The notes under the pieces were generated by a model. The model did not search any database. It saw nothing but the letters and a program-made list of their open reading frames with translations, and had not been told where the DNA came from. A stretch of 63,717 nt of DNA, filler included, from Octopus bimaculoides (Eukaryota), in the NCBI RefSeq assembly GCF_001194135.2. It is 6 parts of 6 records of this genome, joined end to end, with 100 filler letters (N's around TTAATTAATTAA, not from the genome) between each part and the next. Parts side by side here need not be neighbours in the genome. Positions count along the whole stretch, not along the records: positions 22,943 to 45,969 come from NC_068994.1; 5 more parts are not named here. One strand, given 5' to 3'. Positions 24,069 to 36,382 of this stretch are shown piece by piece (position 1 is the first letter of the stretch; each line of letters begins with the position of its first letter). The position numbers and the translations under genes are program-made.

Positions 24069-24822
24069 TACACACGGTATGTATTTATATGAACAATATA
24101 TAGTCTATTGACTAGTTTTTTCCTCTCGCTAGACCACTGGTAGCAAAAAGGATTTCTAAATTTTTTTGCTACCCTGAGATTTATTAATAATGATATAATG
24201 ATTTTTTGGCTAATTTCTGGAAGAAAATCGGCATTTTTTGTATTTGCTACNNNNNNNNNNNNNNNNNNNNNNNNNNNNNNNNNNNNNNNNNNNNNNNNNN
24301 NNNNNNNNNNNNNNNNNNNNNNNNNNNNNNNNNNNNNNNNNNNNNNNNNNNNNNNNNNNNNNNNNNNNNNNNNNNNNNNNNNNNNNNNNNNNNGCACATG
24401 CGCGGTAGATATGAAAACTTATAACATTTAAGCACGCGGCATGTTCTATGTATTGCGTCGTGTTTATATATTAATCTTGGCTTTCCTGCTGTCGATAGCT
24501 GGCCTAGCAAATTATTTTATTTTGCTGAAAATAGCTTGAAACCATGGTTCAGAAAATAGATGGTAAATGTTTTTATTTTTCATTCTCTTTCGAAATTATC
24601 CCTAATTGTGGTTTGAAGTTTGACTGCTCCTTCTAGCAGGTTAGATGTCCTATTATGGACATCTCTCTTATGTGTTTAAATATACACTGTATGTATTTGT
24701 GTGAATAATATAGTCTATTGACTAGTTTTTTCCTCTCGCTAGACCACTGGTAGCAAAAAGGATTTCTAAATTTTTTTGCTACCCTGAGATTTATTAATAT
24801 ATATACATATATATGTTTATAT

Positions 24823-25270
24823 AGGCGTAGGAGTAGCTCTGTGGTAAGTAGCTTGCTTACTAACCACATGGTTCCGGGTTCAGTCCAACTGCGTGGCATC
24901 TTGGGCAAGTGTCTTCTACTATAGCCTCGGGCCGACCAAAGCCTTGTGAGTGGATTTGGTAGACGGAAACTGAAAGAAGCCCGTCGTATATATGTATATA
25001 TGTATATATATATATATATACACATATATNNNNNNNNNNNNNNNNNNNNNNNNNNNNNNNNNNNNNNNNNNNNNNNNNNNNNNNNNNNNNNNNNNNNNNN
25101 NNNNNNNNNNNNNNNNNNNNNNNNNNNNNNNNNNNNNNNNNNNNNNNNNNNNNNNNNNNNNNNNNNNNNNNNNNNNNNNNNNNNNNNNNNNNNNNNNNNN
25201 GTTCGACTAATGGCGGTGCTCCAGCATGACCGCAGTCAAATGACTGAAACAAGTAAAAGAGTAAAAGAGT
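24823..25270 (+). mobile_element. SINE family B copy spanning an assembly gap at its internal microsatellite
   Basis: The 5' half closely matches 7003-7165. The 3' half resumes after the N run with ggcggtgctccagcatgaccgcagtcaaatgactgaaac. Confidence 0.85.
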
Positions 25271-25271
25271 G

Positions 25272-25339
<68 letters not shown>

Positions 25340-25764
25340 TGTATGTATATATAATATGATATTATAATGATATTAGGGAATATATCATTCCAAACGCACA
25401 GGAATATCCAATTTAGTAATACCAAATTAAATTTCACAATATATAATATATGTATGTAGTAGGAGGAAGTAGGAGTAGTAGGAGTGTCAATATTTGCGTA
25501 GGAATACAAGTATAAGGGGGAGATAATCAATTTCTGAATGTTACTTCGCAATGAGTTACCTCCTTTGTCCAGTCCAGAATGGTCACCATAATGCAGGAAT
25601 GGAGGGTATGTTTTTTTCTTTTTACCCCAGAAGCCCCATTACTCCATAAGTGAAAAATCTGAAGAGTGTAGTGCAATCTGTGGAACATAAGTGATGTATG
25701 TGCCAAGCGTGAACGAAATCGGATGAAAAATATTGATTTTAAGTTGGATCAAATAAATAACCTG

Positions 25765-25804
<40 letters not shown>

Positions 25805-25834
25805 CTTCCGTTTTATATATTATAGATGTATAAA

Positions 25835-25989
25835 TACTTTTATTAAAGCTGCAAAATCTTCACAAAACTTTTACTCAGGGTTTCACGTTCCCGTTCGCCG
25901 GATAGTTGTGATGTGATATTCATAACAACTGTCGGACGAACGGGAACGTGAAACTCTGAGCAACAGATTTTGCAGGTTTAATAAAAGTA
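25835..25989. repeat. Inverted repeat of a Penelope-like terminal sequence, each arm carrying a hammerhead-like motif
   Basis: Left arm tacttttattaaagctgcaaaatct...ctcagggtttcacgttcccgttcgccggatagttgt pairs with right arm acaactgtcggacgaacgggaacgtgaaactctgag...agattttgcaggtttaataaaagta. The Penelope assignment is inferred from the ribozyme topology and inverted-terminus arrangement. Confidence 0.75.
25927..25968 (+). ncRNA. Degenerate minimal type I hammerhead ribozyme motif (second copy on the minus strand at 25866-25907)
   Basis: AACTGT-CGGACGA-ACG/GGAA/CGT-GAAA-CTC/T/GAG-CA-ACAGAT. The minus copy is AACTAT-CCGGCGA-ACG/GGAA/CGT-GAAA-CCC/T/GAG-TA-AAAGTT. Helices I-III are present, but each copy has core mutations. 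Confidence 0.6.
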
Positions 25990-27529
25990 TATTACTCTAC
26001 CTTAGGTATTCAAGTACTATTTTCCCACTTCTCTTTGCATCTATGTGCTTACTTGTGTACATATGTATGTATACATACATGCATATATATACATGTGAGT
26101 GTGTGTGTGTATGCATACATATCTTTATATATTAATGTATACATACATACAGCCATCAAAGAACTCACAGGAATCGACCCATGGTAAATTGTGATGTGGC
26201 TATTGTTCACAATAGAACATGCGCAACATGTGGAAAGGTGTGCCTTTCAGTTGCAGGATTGATATCTATTCTTATACAAGAATGATGTTGACAGTGACTT
26301 CGAAGCTTCGGCCAGTTAAGCCATTGTCAAACTGCGATGCATTGGAATTAGCCTTTCCTTTATATAGTCTCTGTTGGCTTCAAATCATCTTTGGGTCTGT
26401 GGGTTTGAGTGGGATGGTAATTAGGTCTTTTTGATCGATTGTTATGGAAAGGTGCTTTGGAAAAAGTTTAATTGTTTAAACTTGGGGTTATGTTATTGTT
26501 TGGAATTTATTCATGCATGTAGAACTTTGCAAACAAGCCTATAGGTGGTTCTGTTTTGTTAGGTAGGCACAAGGTGTGATAGTATGTTTGTTGCTTTTGA
26601 TATTGGATTTATTCTTTTTGCTTTGACAGCGTAAAAGGTCAAAGGTACAAAATCCAGTATTTAAGCTCATAGTGTTTGTGGGAGTGTCAATATTAATTCA
26701 CAAAAGAATGTAGATAGGTGGTAAGTTTAGGCTGACCATTTCTTGTTGTTTTTACCACAATGTGCAGCAGCCACCACTTTCCATATCGACCAAGAAATCG
26801 AATTATCTTTACCTAGTTGTCTTAATTGCCAAATTACTTTAGATAGCGATGTGTAGTTTGCTTTCGTCTCTGTTCTTATATTATATTATAAAATGATTAC
26901 GTAATCTAACTTTGAATCTGTTTGAAGTCATGCCAGTGTAATTATATACTGTCCTGAATTTTAGGATCGAACATTTATAGAACACATTATCAATAAAACG
27001 CTTATTTTCTAGGGTCATTCAGTTGGTCGCCTACAATTACACATATTCAAATTCTTTGCTAAAGTACTGTTTCTAAGTTCTCTGCTGTTGTCCATATGCC
27101 TGAATTCATTATCACTGTTCAAATTTGTACTATGATGATATATTTTGACATTCCTTATATTATTACGGTTGCTTCTATTGTTGCTACACTCGATAGTGTC
27201 ATCTGTAGGGAAATTAGAATTAAAATGCGCTATTAACAGCCCCGCTAGTACCGTACATATTGCTTATACCGTTTCCCCATCTAATCCCGTCATAGTAAAA
27301 AATGTCTTAGGTTATCTAAACCTTATGTTTATAGCGTAAGGTGGATTATACGAGGTTACTTCTTTGTACCGTAATCTACCGTTATATTTCTTGAATTTCA
27401 TATGTTTATTGCTGTCACTGTGAGTCTTAACTGCTGAAGCGATGCCTCGAGAAATAGGTTGATTCTTATTCACAGTAGAATTATCACTCACTTTCCGGCT
27501 GGAATTACAATCTTCTGCTTCTTTGCAGG

Positions 27530-28560
27530 CAAAAACGGGTTCCAAGCAGAAGCAAAGTGTCGTCATTGGGTTCTTAAAGAAAGAGTGATGGAGGCTGCCT
27601 GACATTCTCAGAAGACTACAGGTTGTTTACGGTGACAAGAGCAATGCTCATAAATGGATTATGTAGATTAAAGGAAAGGAAACCAGCACTGGACCTGAAC
27701 GCACACAGTGGGAGACCGTTTAGTGTAACCACAGGCACAAATCGCCAGTAATTGCACGTATTTATTCACTCAGACAAATGAGTCGCAATCCATGAATTTG
27801 CTGCATATGTGGACTGTGGTCATAATGTATTACAGAAAATGACGAAAGACTTTGGATATCGGAAATGTGAGCAAATTGAGTACCTCGGCAGCTAATCCCT
27901 GATTTGAAGTAGAGACGGGTATAAGACCGCAATGATTTTCTGGAAGCGTTTGAAACTCATAAAGATACATTTTCCTCCAATCTGGTGACAAGGAATGAAA
28001 TGTTAGTGCATCATTATGATCTGGAAACGAAGGCTCAGTCTATAGAATGGTGTCACACCTCTTCACCAAGACCTGAGAAAAGAACCAGCCATCGGTACAG
28101 AGTCATGCTGATTATTTTGGGAGATAGCATTCTCCTAGATTTTCTGGATCCTGGCTGCGTCGTAAACAACGAGCATACATTGAGACACTCAAAAAGTTTA
28201 GAGAAGCCACAAGAAGGAAAACAATGAATAAAAAAACTGTAAATAATCAACATTCACCATAACAATGCACGATCACATACATCTTTAGCGACAAATCAGG
28301 TAACTGCTAAATTGGGCCGGTCAGTGATTCCCTATCCACAGACGAGCCCGGTGTTGGTACTCTCCAACTTCTCTACCTGTTCAGTCAAATGAAGAGCAAC
28401 CTTCGGCGAGGACTACAATTTGATGACAAAGACGTGGTTAAAGCGGTACAACGGAGTAGACCTGAATATTTTCAAAGAAGCTCAAAAGTTGGGTTCAACG
28501 ACGGTGCAAGTCGATTGTGTTAGAGACAAAGTACTACAGCTCAAAAGTTAATCTACAAGC
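27530..28560 (+). mobile_element. Mariner-family transposase pseudogene
   Basis: KQKQSVVIGFLK...ILRRLQVVYGD (HTH region), NLVTRNEMLVHHYDLETKAQSIEWCHTSSPRPEK (from IVTGDETWVHHYDPETK) and IHHNNARSHT...IPYPQTSP (from HDNARPH...HPPYSPD). Many stops; TIRs not recognisable. Confidence 0.85.
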
Positions 28561-30382
28561 ACGTGCAATATGAGCGACCTATGTCAGTTCATAAAAATTT
28601 TATGCTCCGTTTTGCATTACTTTCAGTATAACCCTCCTACATACACAGACATACACGGATATACAGACATACATACACAAATATACATAGGCATTCATAC
28701 ATATATGTATACACACATGCATATATATATATATATATATATATANNNNNNNNNNNNNNNNNNNNNNNNNNNNNNNNNNNNNNNNNNNNNNNNNNNNNNN
28801 NNNNNNNNNNNNNNNNNNNNNNNNNNNNNNNNNNNNNNNNNNNNNNNNNNNNNNNNNNNNNNNNNNNNNNNNNNNNNNNNNNNATATATATACATATATA
28901 TACACGTGTGCATGTATATATGCTTGTGTGTATACATATATGTATGAATGCCTATGTATATTTGTGTATGTGAGTGTCTATGTATATCCGTGTATGTCAG
29001 TATATATATCCAACAAAGAGAGCACGACTGAAAGTGGATGGCAATCAAATAACATACATGGTCGCTTCACGTGATGGTGTGGTGTTTAGTTGAAGTGACT
29101 ACTACTGCTGCCGCCGTCACCGCCGCGGTCACCCCCGCCGTAGTAGCAGCAGTAGGTATAATGGCACTAACTATACCAGTACCAACGCTGAAAGGAAAGG
29201 TTATTTTTGTTGTTTGATAGTAGGTTGGTAGTGGTGATGGTTGTCGTAGTAATAGTGTTGACTGTGACGTAGCTGGTAGCGATGATGGTTGTGGTGGAAA
29301 CAATGTTGGTGATAGTATTGGTGGTGATGATGGCGGTGAAAATAATGTTTGTGATAGTAGTGGTGGTGATGGTAAGCTGCTATTTGCTTTAGCTGTTAAG
29401 TACCACTAATCGCCATCCACCCCTCCTTACCTGCAGACGCCTCACACAACTATTTTACGAATAATTAACCAATGTTAACTTCCGGTCAAGTACCTCAGTC
29501 ACGACGCGAAACAATGCATTTTTCCGGCAAACTAAGCAGCTTAATGTTCATTATGATACCGGACAGCTTTTGGTTCATCGGTGAGAAGGGGGTTGTGTTA
29601 GCATGTGGAAATTATGGTGGTGTAATGGTTATTTAGTCACAGGTCAATCCTGATCCAATAAACCTATACGCAAAAGCAGTCTAGCCGTGGCCATCTTATC
29701 TATTTAGAGGTTTGTAGAATTACATTATTTGACGATAGTTGTAAGATGAGGGAGGCCTGGTTGCTATTTTGGATCTTTTGTTTGGCTGCACCTGCGGAAA
29801 TTTTAATGCTTAGGGAAAATTTTCAAATTTGATGTAGTGATGTAATTTTACACGCTGAATCTCAGAAGTTAATTTGTGAATTTGTATTCTACACACGGGA
29901 ATTCATGGGATTATGCAAAAACCAAAAAGGTAAATAAAAAAAATTGGTGCGTCATTTAAACCGTAATCTACCGTTATATTTCTTGAATTTCATATGTTTA
30001 TTGCTGTCACTGTGAGTCTTAACTTCATTTTTAGGCAACCATTTTATACCTCATGTGTTTTAAGCATTTAGTAAGCGAAAATGATCGCGTGGATAAGCAG
30101 CTTGGTAACAGCTTGGCTTGTAACTATGGAAACAGGCTCTTGTTGTCTGTGACTTTCGACTGGCTAAAATTACCCCAAATTTGCAAACTTTAAAAGCTGC
30201 TAACTCCTTATTTATTGATTTATGGCTAAAATGAATTCCATGTCAATAATGGACATACAAAACTATATCAATTCACCAAATATGAAATCAATTGGAACAA
30301 AAACTGGCAGCCAAACAGAAAAGATCCGCTATTTCTACCAAACCGAGTGACTGCGTCGAGACTCTCTATTTGGCTTAATTGT

Positions 30383-30433
<51 letters not shown>

Positions 30434-30769
30434 ATTGATGTTATGTTGTTGTCTAACTTAGAGGCAGCCGTAACGCAGCAGACCTACGATCAAAGGCATT
30501 CCAACCAAAGCTATCACATCTTTTTCTTTTGGGCGGAGTCGGGGATCGGTGATGTTGAACCTGAAACTAAAATAATCCAATGTGTCCGTAGTAATATTGA
30601 TATTGACGTTGTGTTTCTTTTAGCCCCTGGCCAATCTTGATCAGAGGCGTAGTCAGGTTCTAAAGTTAGTTGTAGCTGGTACGTTAAAAAAGGCGTCGTC
30701 ACACATACTAAACAATTTTATAATCATTTCTCTTATAATACGGAAATATGTTATATTACAGAAAGGCCT

Positions 30770-32370
30770 GAACTCAGATGGTAGCACCTTTAGACGAGTC
30801 GCTGTATACGCCGCGACTGGGTTTTTCTTGGGACATCTCATTCTTTAGTGCTAGTGGACGATTGGAACGCCATCTTGGATACACAACTGAATAGGGTGGG
30901 GCTAACCGATAGGATAGGGGAGTTGTAAAAACCTCACAAACCTGCTCAGTTGCTTCCAACTGGCAAACAGGTCCCAACTGGATTATCCAAATGCGTCAAT
31001 GTGGACATGGACAAACGGTTTCGGGTCTTCCAGATCGTATGTAGGCAGAGTAATTTATAGGCCTGTAGACAGAAGTAACTTAAGTTGTCCACAGTTCAAA
31101 GTCATCAGCTATGCAGATCACAAATTTGTTGACCTAGATAGGATCAATAGGCAAGCTCCTCGATACTGGAAGCTGAACGCATCTTTCCGGCGCGTCAAGC
31201 TTTCAGGGACCTGGTTAGCTAGTTCGTCCATCGGAAATTGTCGAATGCAATCACCAAAAGTCGATGGACTAACCCATAATAAGGGCTATTAGTATTGCAC
31301 GTTCGTTCCGTTAAGGATGCCCACTTTCAACCTTTCTGTATGTGCTGGCTCTCGAGCCATTGCTACGGAAACTGTATGTTTCAAGGGGCATCCCGCACGA
31401 ACTACGATGCAGCAGGCTCATGTCGATTTATATGGACGACGTCACCGCAATAGTGTCAGACATTTCGGAAATCGAGGTCATCGGCACTACTTTAAGGGAG
31501 TATAAAGTAGTGACAGGAGCAAAGATTAATCAGGAGAAGTCGGTGGGTCTGCAGCTCGGCACCTCGAGAGGCAGATCCATGTCGACCGATAGCGTCGTAG
31601 GGCGCTGCTGGGAAATACTGGTTAAACTCTTCGGGGTTTGATTTGCTCTGAACCTCCAGGTGAACAAAAACTGGAGAGAACTGACAAGTATGGCGGCCAG
31701 TCTTACCTAGAAATGGGTAAAGAGGATTCTGACCCTAAAAGGTTGGGCAGCAGTGGCGAATGCGTACATTGCTTCCATCATCTACTACCGTCTAACCGTC
31801 GTCCTTTGCCCTGCCTCGTGGCTGATCAAGCTGGAGCGCTTGCTCTTCCGCTTTCTGTAAAAGGGACGTGCTCTGCTTGTCAGCAACCACTGAGTGGCGG
31901 ACTGGGCATGACGTGACTAATGAGGTGCAGACTTGCACTGAGGCTACGATATCTCCGGCATTTCCTTGATGGTGATTAGGTGGAGGTCTCCTTTCGACAG
32001 ACGGGAGTTTCCGCAGCTCGTCTCATTGACGGAATTGCATTCCTGGACCGAGCGCAGACCGAGAAAGGACACTTGGCACCTGGAGCGCAGGTAAGCGCTA
32101 ACAGCCGTCAACCAGTCGAGCAATGCCGTTAACGGCCGAGTTCGTCGCAGGATCACCCTGCCACCTTTTTTGGGCCGGGGTGCCCCGCTCTTGGAGATTC
32201 TATTTATTTATTAATCATTAATTTCTCTAAATTTTATTTATATATCCTTTAATATTGTTGTGTTTCCTTTTGATCGACGTGAACCCCACCTGTTTTTGTA
32301 TGTTTTATCTCATCCTTTGATAGCATCCTCAATGTTTTGGGCTCTTGTGGCCAATAAAAGAAATTATTAT
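30770..32370 (+). mobile_element. Tx1/L1-like LINE, internally deleted (APE joined to the RT C-terminal half and 3' UTR)
   Basis: GSTFRRVAVYA, LVLVDDWNAILD and YADHKFV...YWKLNAS, then an abrupt jump to LYVLALEPLLRKL...YMDDVT...TGAKINQEKSVGL. The 3' end is ttgtggccaataaaagaaattattatt. Confidence 0.85.
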
Positions 32371-32377
32371 TATTATT

Positions 32378-32935
32378 GAGTGAGAGAGCAGTGCATACCA
32401 CCAAAATGACGTTGGAGTACAAATATAAGAAGCCCAAAATAACCATCATGACTACCTATGTGATAAGGGTACACCAGGCACACGCATCACAACTATATGT
32501 GAGTGACATGATGACCTTGTATCAAGATAAACAGCGCATGACCTTGCAGGTGTGAGCCCAGTTAGATTTTTCTTCAGGTCGCGTAGCCATCCCGCTCAAA
32601 AGGACCCTGCATAAGGGTTGTTTAAGGATGATGAACGAAACACCCATGTTTCCAGAGGTGAACTATTCAAACCCCACAAATTTCCTCTCAACACATGGCT
32701 ATGATGCTTCCCTACTACTCCTGCTCGTGATCAGAGATGCATATATCGTCAGTCATTAAAGGTCATGCTCAACTGGTTATGGTCAAGCAACTGACAAGTA
32801 AATCTATGGTACTGAGCAGAATATTTGCTGAAGCCCATTTTTTACACCAAGACAAAACATGTACATGTTAACACTTCAGATCAGTTAAGATCAGAAACCA
32901 TGAGAGCCATGCCTGGTACTGCATCAGGGCATAGC
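32378..32935 (-). repeat. Retroposon family D with an (AAT)n tail
   Basis: The block gtgcataccaccaaaatgacgttggagtacaaatataagaagccc...catcatgactacc recurs in opposite orientation at about 41355-41430, where it is followed by (AAT)n. Confidence 0.6.
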
Positions 32936-32977
32936 CACTGCCTGGTACCATATCAAGACATTATCTTTTTTATTATT

Positions 32978-33187
32978 CGAGCTGGCAGAATCGTTAGCAC
33001 TCCGGGCGAAATGCTTAGCGGTAGTTCACCCGTTACTACGTTCTGAGTTCTAATTCCGGCGAGCAATTCTATCCTTTTGGAGTCGACAAATTAAGTACCA
33101 GTGAAACACTGGAGTCGATGGAATCAACAAGTTCCCTCCCCCAAAATCTTTGGCCTTGTGCCTTTGGAAGAAAGGATTATTATTATT
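32978..33187 (+). mobile_element. SINE family A copy
   Basis: cgagctggcagaatcgttagcactccgggcgaaatgcttagcgg...gagttctaattccg...ggccttgtgcctttggaagaaaggattattatt. Confidence 0.85.
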
Positions 33188-33189
33188 AA

Positions 33190-34205
33190 AGACGTTGCAC
33201 GGTGTCCAATATCGTGATGTAGATTGAAGATATTGTGTGTACCGGAAGTTTGTGCTGTCTGTCGAATCACAGCAAGGACCTCAGACAGACTACTTTACGC
33301 AATATGCGTGTAGTTCCAAGTAAAGCCGATTTTTGCAATACCCCAACATTATAGGATATTTCTAAAGTTTGACCCTTGGCGATCTCAATTCTCAGGTCTC
33401 CAAATTTATCAGTCTTTTCTCTTTCTTTCATGATAATATGTTGATCACCTGCCACGTCGATTATTAGGCACTCTTGTTTGTCCTTCCTAAAGGTTACTAT
33501 ATCCAGCCTTCGGTGATCTAACACCTTGTCTGTCTGGAAGTCAAAGTCCCAGTGGATCTTTGCCTTACCCTTTTCGTCCATTACATTTTATGTGTATGTT
33601 GGTGCCAAGCACCCGTCACCTCGTATCCATACTTCCGGCAAAGTCGTGTTTGCACTTGTACTCTTTCTGCACAAGACTTTCGCAAGCACTAACAATGTGA
33701 GTTTTGCTTTTGACCTTCTTCCCATACATTCTGCAAAAGTTCGTTGCAGTTACGTGGTATATATCCCTTTACACTCAGTTGGTGTGCAATGCCTGGTCCT
33801 GAACAGCGATGATTAGGTTATCAGTCTTCTTTGTAAGGTTACCATTGCTGAGCCACTACCATGTCCTTCCTAATCTTTTAAGTTGTTAGTTTCACGGTGG
33901 AACTGACCATGTAATTCCATGCAGAGTAGGGTTTCTGCTCTCTCGTTGGCTATTCGTGATCGGAATTCATTAGCACTCTCAAGTCCATTGCTGGTAAATC
34001 CTGTATTAGCAGCATACCGTATCAGATCTTGTATGTTGTTTACCAAATACTCTGCCATGTTTCTTCTTTCACTGTTGATGCACTCTCGTACGCTAATTAG
34101 GCTACGTCCACCCTTACACCTCTTCATGTAGAGCCTGTGCACGTCCGCCTTAGTGTGGAGGGCACCATGCATTGTCATCGTCTTTCGGGTAGTGCGATCG
34201 AGTTG
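33190..34205 (-). mobile_element. 5'-truncated R4/Dong-like LINE (post-RT region, CCHC finger, RLE)
   Basis: RKTMTMHGALHTKADVHRLYMKRCKGGRSL, a finger region at about 33700-33790, WDFDFQTDKVLDHRRLDIV...LIIDVA and QKSALLGTTRILRKV. Confidence 0.85.
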
Positions 34206-34480
34206 GTGAACATGCATTATCTTCGTGCAAGTGCCACCGATCCAAGTGGGAAATCTGTTCCTGAACTCCCTCAAAAATTCCGCAACATACTCTTTGTTGA
34301 GGGTCTGGCCGGAGGGAAAACAGTAGATGTAGATAATGTCTATGCTGTCGAAAAAGAAGATCCTCAAATGCTCGGATCATACACGTTAATCCATAAGCAG
34401 TCTGGAGCATTTCATAAGTTTTTGTCCTTACTCGTGCCTTATTTAATATTCTGCTGTCTATACATAGCGGATCAGTAGCT
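34206..34480 (-). mobile_element. Mariner transposase fragment
   Basis: IFFFDSIDIIYIYCFPSGQTLNKEYVAEFLREFRNRF...HVHQ matches the mariner FFD...VP.GQTVN.EYY..VL...HQDNA segment. Confidence 0.75.
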
Positions 34481-35217
34481 CCCCTTGATTTCATCCTACA
34501 CCTTTTTTACACTTTTGACAATAGGTTCCTCTTTTACAAAAAATTATATACTTCATCTGTTATGAGGCCAGTTAACAGTTTCCATTTGATGGTAAGCGAG
34601 TATAATTGCTGAATTCTCTCTTTTCTTTGTCTTTGTTTTGCCCAAGAACCCAACGCACCATCCGGTCTAGGAATTGAAACAACGATCTCGCGATCGTGAG
34701 TATAACGCCCTAACAACTAGACCATGAAAAATACTATCTTAATGATCGACAAGGGAGGCTTTGTCCGCTGCTGTAGGGAGCTTACTTCCCTTGTTAGTCC
34801 TTAAGATAGTGCTTTTCGTGGCTATTGAGCTGTTTTGATTCTTGTTTCTAACAATACTGGTGCTGATTAGTGCCCTTTGTCACTTAGTGATGTATGTATT
34901 TCTGCCTTTAGGTTGTAAAATTTCGAATTAGCCACCCATATTGTTTATAATTTTCACTTTTGTAATTTCACTTTTACAGCATGTGATTTCAACGGAAATC
35001 TTATAAATTGACAAGGCGAGCTGAGTTTAACCCTAGGCGTGGTAATAGTCATTGATGGGCATTAAAACGCGAAATCATCGATGATCTGGTTATGTCCGCT
35101 GCTGTAGGAAGCTAGCCTCCCTTGTCAGTCATTAAGATAGTGCATTTCCTGGCTATTGAGTTGTTTTGACTCGTTTCTAACAATACTGGTGCAGATTAGT
35201 ACCCTTCGTCACTTTAT

Positions 35218-35256
<39 letters not shown>

Positions 35257-35404
35257 CGTATGCGTGTTTGTATGTATGTATGCATGTACTTTCATATTCA
35301 CACAAAAATACGGTACTTTTTGGTTATCTCCCATTAAAAAATTACTATTAAAAATTGGGTTATCTCCCCACTGAAAAATCGAGTTAATGTCGTGACAAGA
35401 GATT

Positions 35405-35700
35405 GGATTAAGAGTTATTTTTTATTCTTTTTATTTGTTTCAGTCATTTGACTACATCAATGCTGGAGCACCGCCTTTAGTCGAACAGATGGACCCCAGG
35501 ACTTATTCTTTGTAAGCCTAATACTTATTCTATCGGTCTCTTTTTTGCCGAACCGCTAAGTTACGGGGACGCAAACACACCGACATCNNNNNNNNNNTCT
35601 ATCGGTCTCTTTTTTGCCGAACCGCTAAGTTACGGGGACGCAAACACACCGACATCGGTTGTCAAGCGATGGTGGGGGGGGGCATACACAAACACACAAA
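35405..35700 (-). mobile_element. SINE family B 3' half (partly duplicated across a 10-N gap)
   Basis: Reverse complement of 7360-7550. Confidence 0.8.
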
Positions 35701-36178
35701 CATATACATACATACACATCTCCCCCTCTCATTCTTCCCTCTACTTTTCTTCGCCTCTCCCTGTCACTACTATCTCCCTCTCTCTCTCTATCTCTCGTTG
35801 CTCGTCCTTCGCCTCTCCCCGTCACTACTACTATCTCTCTCCCTTTCTACCTCTCGCTGCTCACTTATATTCTACTTCCTCCCCTTCTTCTCCCTCTGCT
35901 ACTCTTTCTCCCTACCTCTCGCTGGTCACATGTGTCCAGTTGCCATTTCTTTTCGGTCTCTGACCACTTAAGCTTCGGACGCATTCATTCGCCTCTCCTG
36001 TTCGTGCTTCACAGCGTTTAATATACACACACTTCTACACGTCTGGCTGTACAGCCTTTTTGTTTGTTTATTTCACCGTTTCGTTTTCCTGTCTTGTTTT
36101 CCGTCCGCCACTATCCTCCACGAAAAAAAACTTAATTTGTGTTCGTGGGAAGAGCCATTTTGACGATGCGTCCTGCCC

Positions 36179-36382
36179 TAACTCTTCGAAACGCCAGTGT
36201 TTTAATGGTGGCAGCTGATGAAGGATATATTCTCTATGTGGCCTGCTTGTTTTTTGTAACTTGTTTATCATTTTGTCCATGTTTTTTGCAACGTCATGTA
36301 TCCAGATATGTATCTATATGTACATGTAGATGAAGGTATGTACATACATGTACATATATATATGCATATACTCATATATTGT
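36179..36382. repeat. Dispersed repeat, second copy at 53650-53841
   Basis: taactcttcgaaacgccagtgtttta...gatgaaggatat...ctctatgtggcctgcttgttttttgta...catatactcatatattgt is highly similar at both positions, 17.5 kb apart. Confidence 0.8.

Noticed and set aside
33870-34367. 165-aa ORF fusing mariner transposase to LINE sequence as a novel chimeric gene
   Set aside because: The two short decayed fragments merely abut in frame. Neither includes complete catalytic motifs, and the LINE frame breaks soon after.
35520-35660. Tandem duplications flanking 10-N gaps (also about 62625-62725)
   Set aside because: Identical sequence on either side of a tiny gap indicates unmerged contig overlap.
36179-36235. 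Permuted hammerhead from GAAACGCC...CTGATGA
   Set aside because: The core pieces are present, but helices II and III cannot be paired consistently, and the second copy (53650) has TTGATGA.
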